Source of the DNA: a bacterium | Lineage (GTDB): Bacteria > Hinthialibacterota > Hinthialibacteria > Hinthialibacterales > Hinthialibacteraceae | Reading direction: 5' to 3' | DNA length: 64,000 nt | NCBI GenBank assembly: GCA_963663405.2 | Contig: CAXXSM010000053.1 | Location: 128,001 to 192,000, forward strand | In this document: positions 62,846-64,000 of the stretch, piece after piece | How the letters are laid out: each line of letters begins with the position of its first letter | How positions within the stretch are numbered: the stretch's first letter is position 1 | Made by a program: the position numbers and the translations under genes | Notes under the pieces: model-generated | Seen by the model: the letters and a program-made list of their open reading frames with translations, nothing else | What the model was told of the DNA's origin: nothing | Databases searched by the model: none

Positions 62846-63997
62846 TTATCCCATATAAGGATACCGCCAATCTTTCGGTGGAATAAACGTTTCCTTGATC
62901 GTGCGCGGCGAAACCCAGCGTTCCAGATTCAACCACGAACCGGCCTTGTCATTGGTTCCGGACGCGCGGCTGCCGCCGAATGGCTGCTGACCCACCACGG
63001 CGCCGGTCGGTTTGTCGTTCACATAGAAATTCCCCGCCGCATGACGCAGAATCGAGGACGCCTTCACAATCGCCGCCCGGTCTTGCGCAAAGATGGAACC
63101 GGTCAACGCGTAGGGGCTGGTTTCATTGCAGAGGCGTAGCGACTCTTCGTATTCCTTCTCTGGATAGACATAAATCGTCATAACCGGGCCAAAGATTTCC
63201 TCCACCATCAACTTCGACTTGGGCTCGGAACTGACAACGATGGTCGGTTCAATGAAATACCCCTTTGATGAATCGTAATTCCCACCAGCGATGATCTCAA
63301 AACCAGCGTTGTTTTTCGCGTAGTCGATGTATTCCGTGATGGTTTTAAACGCTTTTTCATCGATCACCGCGCCCATGAAATTACTGAAATCACAGATATC
63401 TCCCATTTTGACCTGCTGGGTTTCCGCGATCAATTTTTCTTTCACGGTGGGCCAGATGCTATCCGGGATATACGCGCGGCTGGCCGCCGAACATTTCTGC
63501 CCCTGATATTCAAACGCGCCGCGAACGAGGGCCGTGACTAAAGCGTTGATATGGGTGGAGGTATGCGCGAAGATGAAATCCTTCCCACCGGTTTCCCCAA
63601 CGATGCGGGGATACGAGAAGTACTTTCGGATATCGGAACCGATCGCCAGCCAAATCGTCGAAAAGACATACGTGCTGCCTGTAAAATGCACGCCTCCCAG
63701 ATCCAAGTGATCGAGCGCCGGGGGCGCCACCACAGGACCGGGGCCGGGAACCATATTGATTACGCCGTCCGGCATACCCGCTTCCTGCAGGATCTTCATA
63801 ATGTAATACGCGGGCAGCGTCGCGCTCGAAGCCGGTTTCCACACGACCGAATTCCCCATCAACGCCGGCGCGGTCGGCAGGTTCCCGGCGATCGATGTAA
63901 AGTTAAAGGGCGTGATTGCGAGGACAAAACCTTCCAGCGGGCGGTGTTCCATATAATTAAGAATACCCTGTGTGGACTGAGGTTGATCGCCGTACAC
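62846..63997 (-). CDS. pruA: L-glutamate gamma-semialdehyde (P5C) dehydrogenase; 5' end outside window
   Basis: RPLEGFVLAITPFNFT, HFTGST, VGETGGKDF, AFEYQGQKCSAASR, EEIFGP, NDKPTGAVVGQQPFGGSRASGTNDKAG. Confidence 0.95.
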   Translation of the reverse strand: MYGDQPQSTQGILNYMEHRPLEGFVLAITPFNFTSIAGNLPTAPALMGNSVVWKPASSATLPAYYIMKILQEAGMPDGVINMVPGPGPVVAPPALDHLDLGGVHFTGSTYVFSTIWLAIGSDIRKYFSYPRIVGETGGKDFIFAHTSTHINALVTALVRGAFEYQGQKCSAASRAYIPDSIWPTVKEKLIAETQQVKMGDICDFSNFMGAVIDEKAFKTITEYIDYAKNNAGFEIIAGGNYDSSKGYFIEPTIVVSSEPKSKLMVEEIFGPVMTIYVYPEKEYEESLRLCNETSPYALTGSIFAQDRAAIVKASSILRHAAGNFYVNDKPTGAVVGQQPFGGSRASGTNDKAGSWLNLERWVSPRTIKETFIPPKDWRYPYMG

Positions 63998-64000
63998 CTC

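Noticed and set aside
1-64000. CRISPR array, tRNA or rRNA genes
   Set aside because: No regularly spaced direct repeats with unique spacers, and no cloverleaf or rRNA-like sequence seen; the palindromic repeats are dispersed.

Overview
Bacterial chromosomal window from a diderm, probably anaerobic, polysaccharide-using organism. The pseudopilin type and the short C-terminal tails on large exported proteins resemble Sumerlaeota/Hinthialibacterota-like candidate phyla (inference only). Recognisable metabolism: fused NfnAB transhydrogenase, mntH-usp, cutC, SPFH plus Arc regulator, GDPD, aminotransferase plus omega-amidase, a sugar ABC ATPase and P5C dehydrogenase. A ~19 kb block (16.9-36.0 kb) encodes large exported modular proteins: a TolB-like propeller, an S8 protease, a duplicated WD40 protein and a ~3,400 aa adhesin-like protein. 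Accessory DNA includes a decayed DISARM-related helicase island, IS630 and IS3/rve remnants, a degenerate attC-like site, and an intact 2,331 bp IS with a 5 bp target duplication that interrupts a lyase-like gene. At least four families of intergenic palindromic repeats occur. About ten otherwise intact genes carry 1 bp indels that look like long-read errors. Best novelty candidates: (i) a 9-residue C-terminal motif on unrelated exported proteins (possible sorting signal), (ii) an unnamed ~175 aa module shared by two neighbouring exported proteins, (iii) a CxxxC-bracketed helical, toxin-like insert in the giant protein, (iv) the covarying REP family and the 9-nt-periodic MITE-like family. No rRNA, tRNA or CRISPR array was seen. 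All family assignments come from motif recognition by eye, not database searches.
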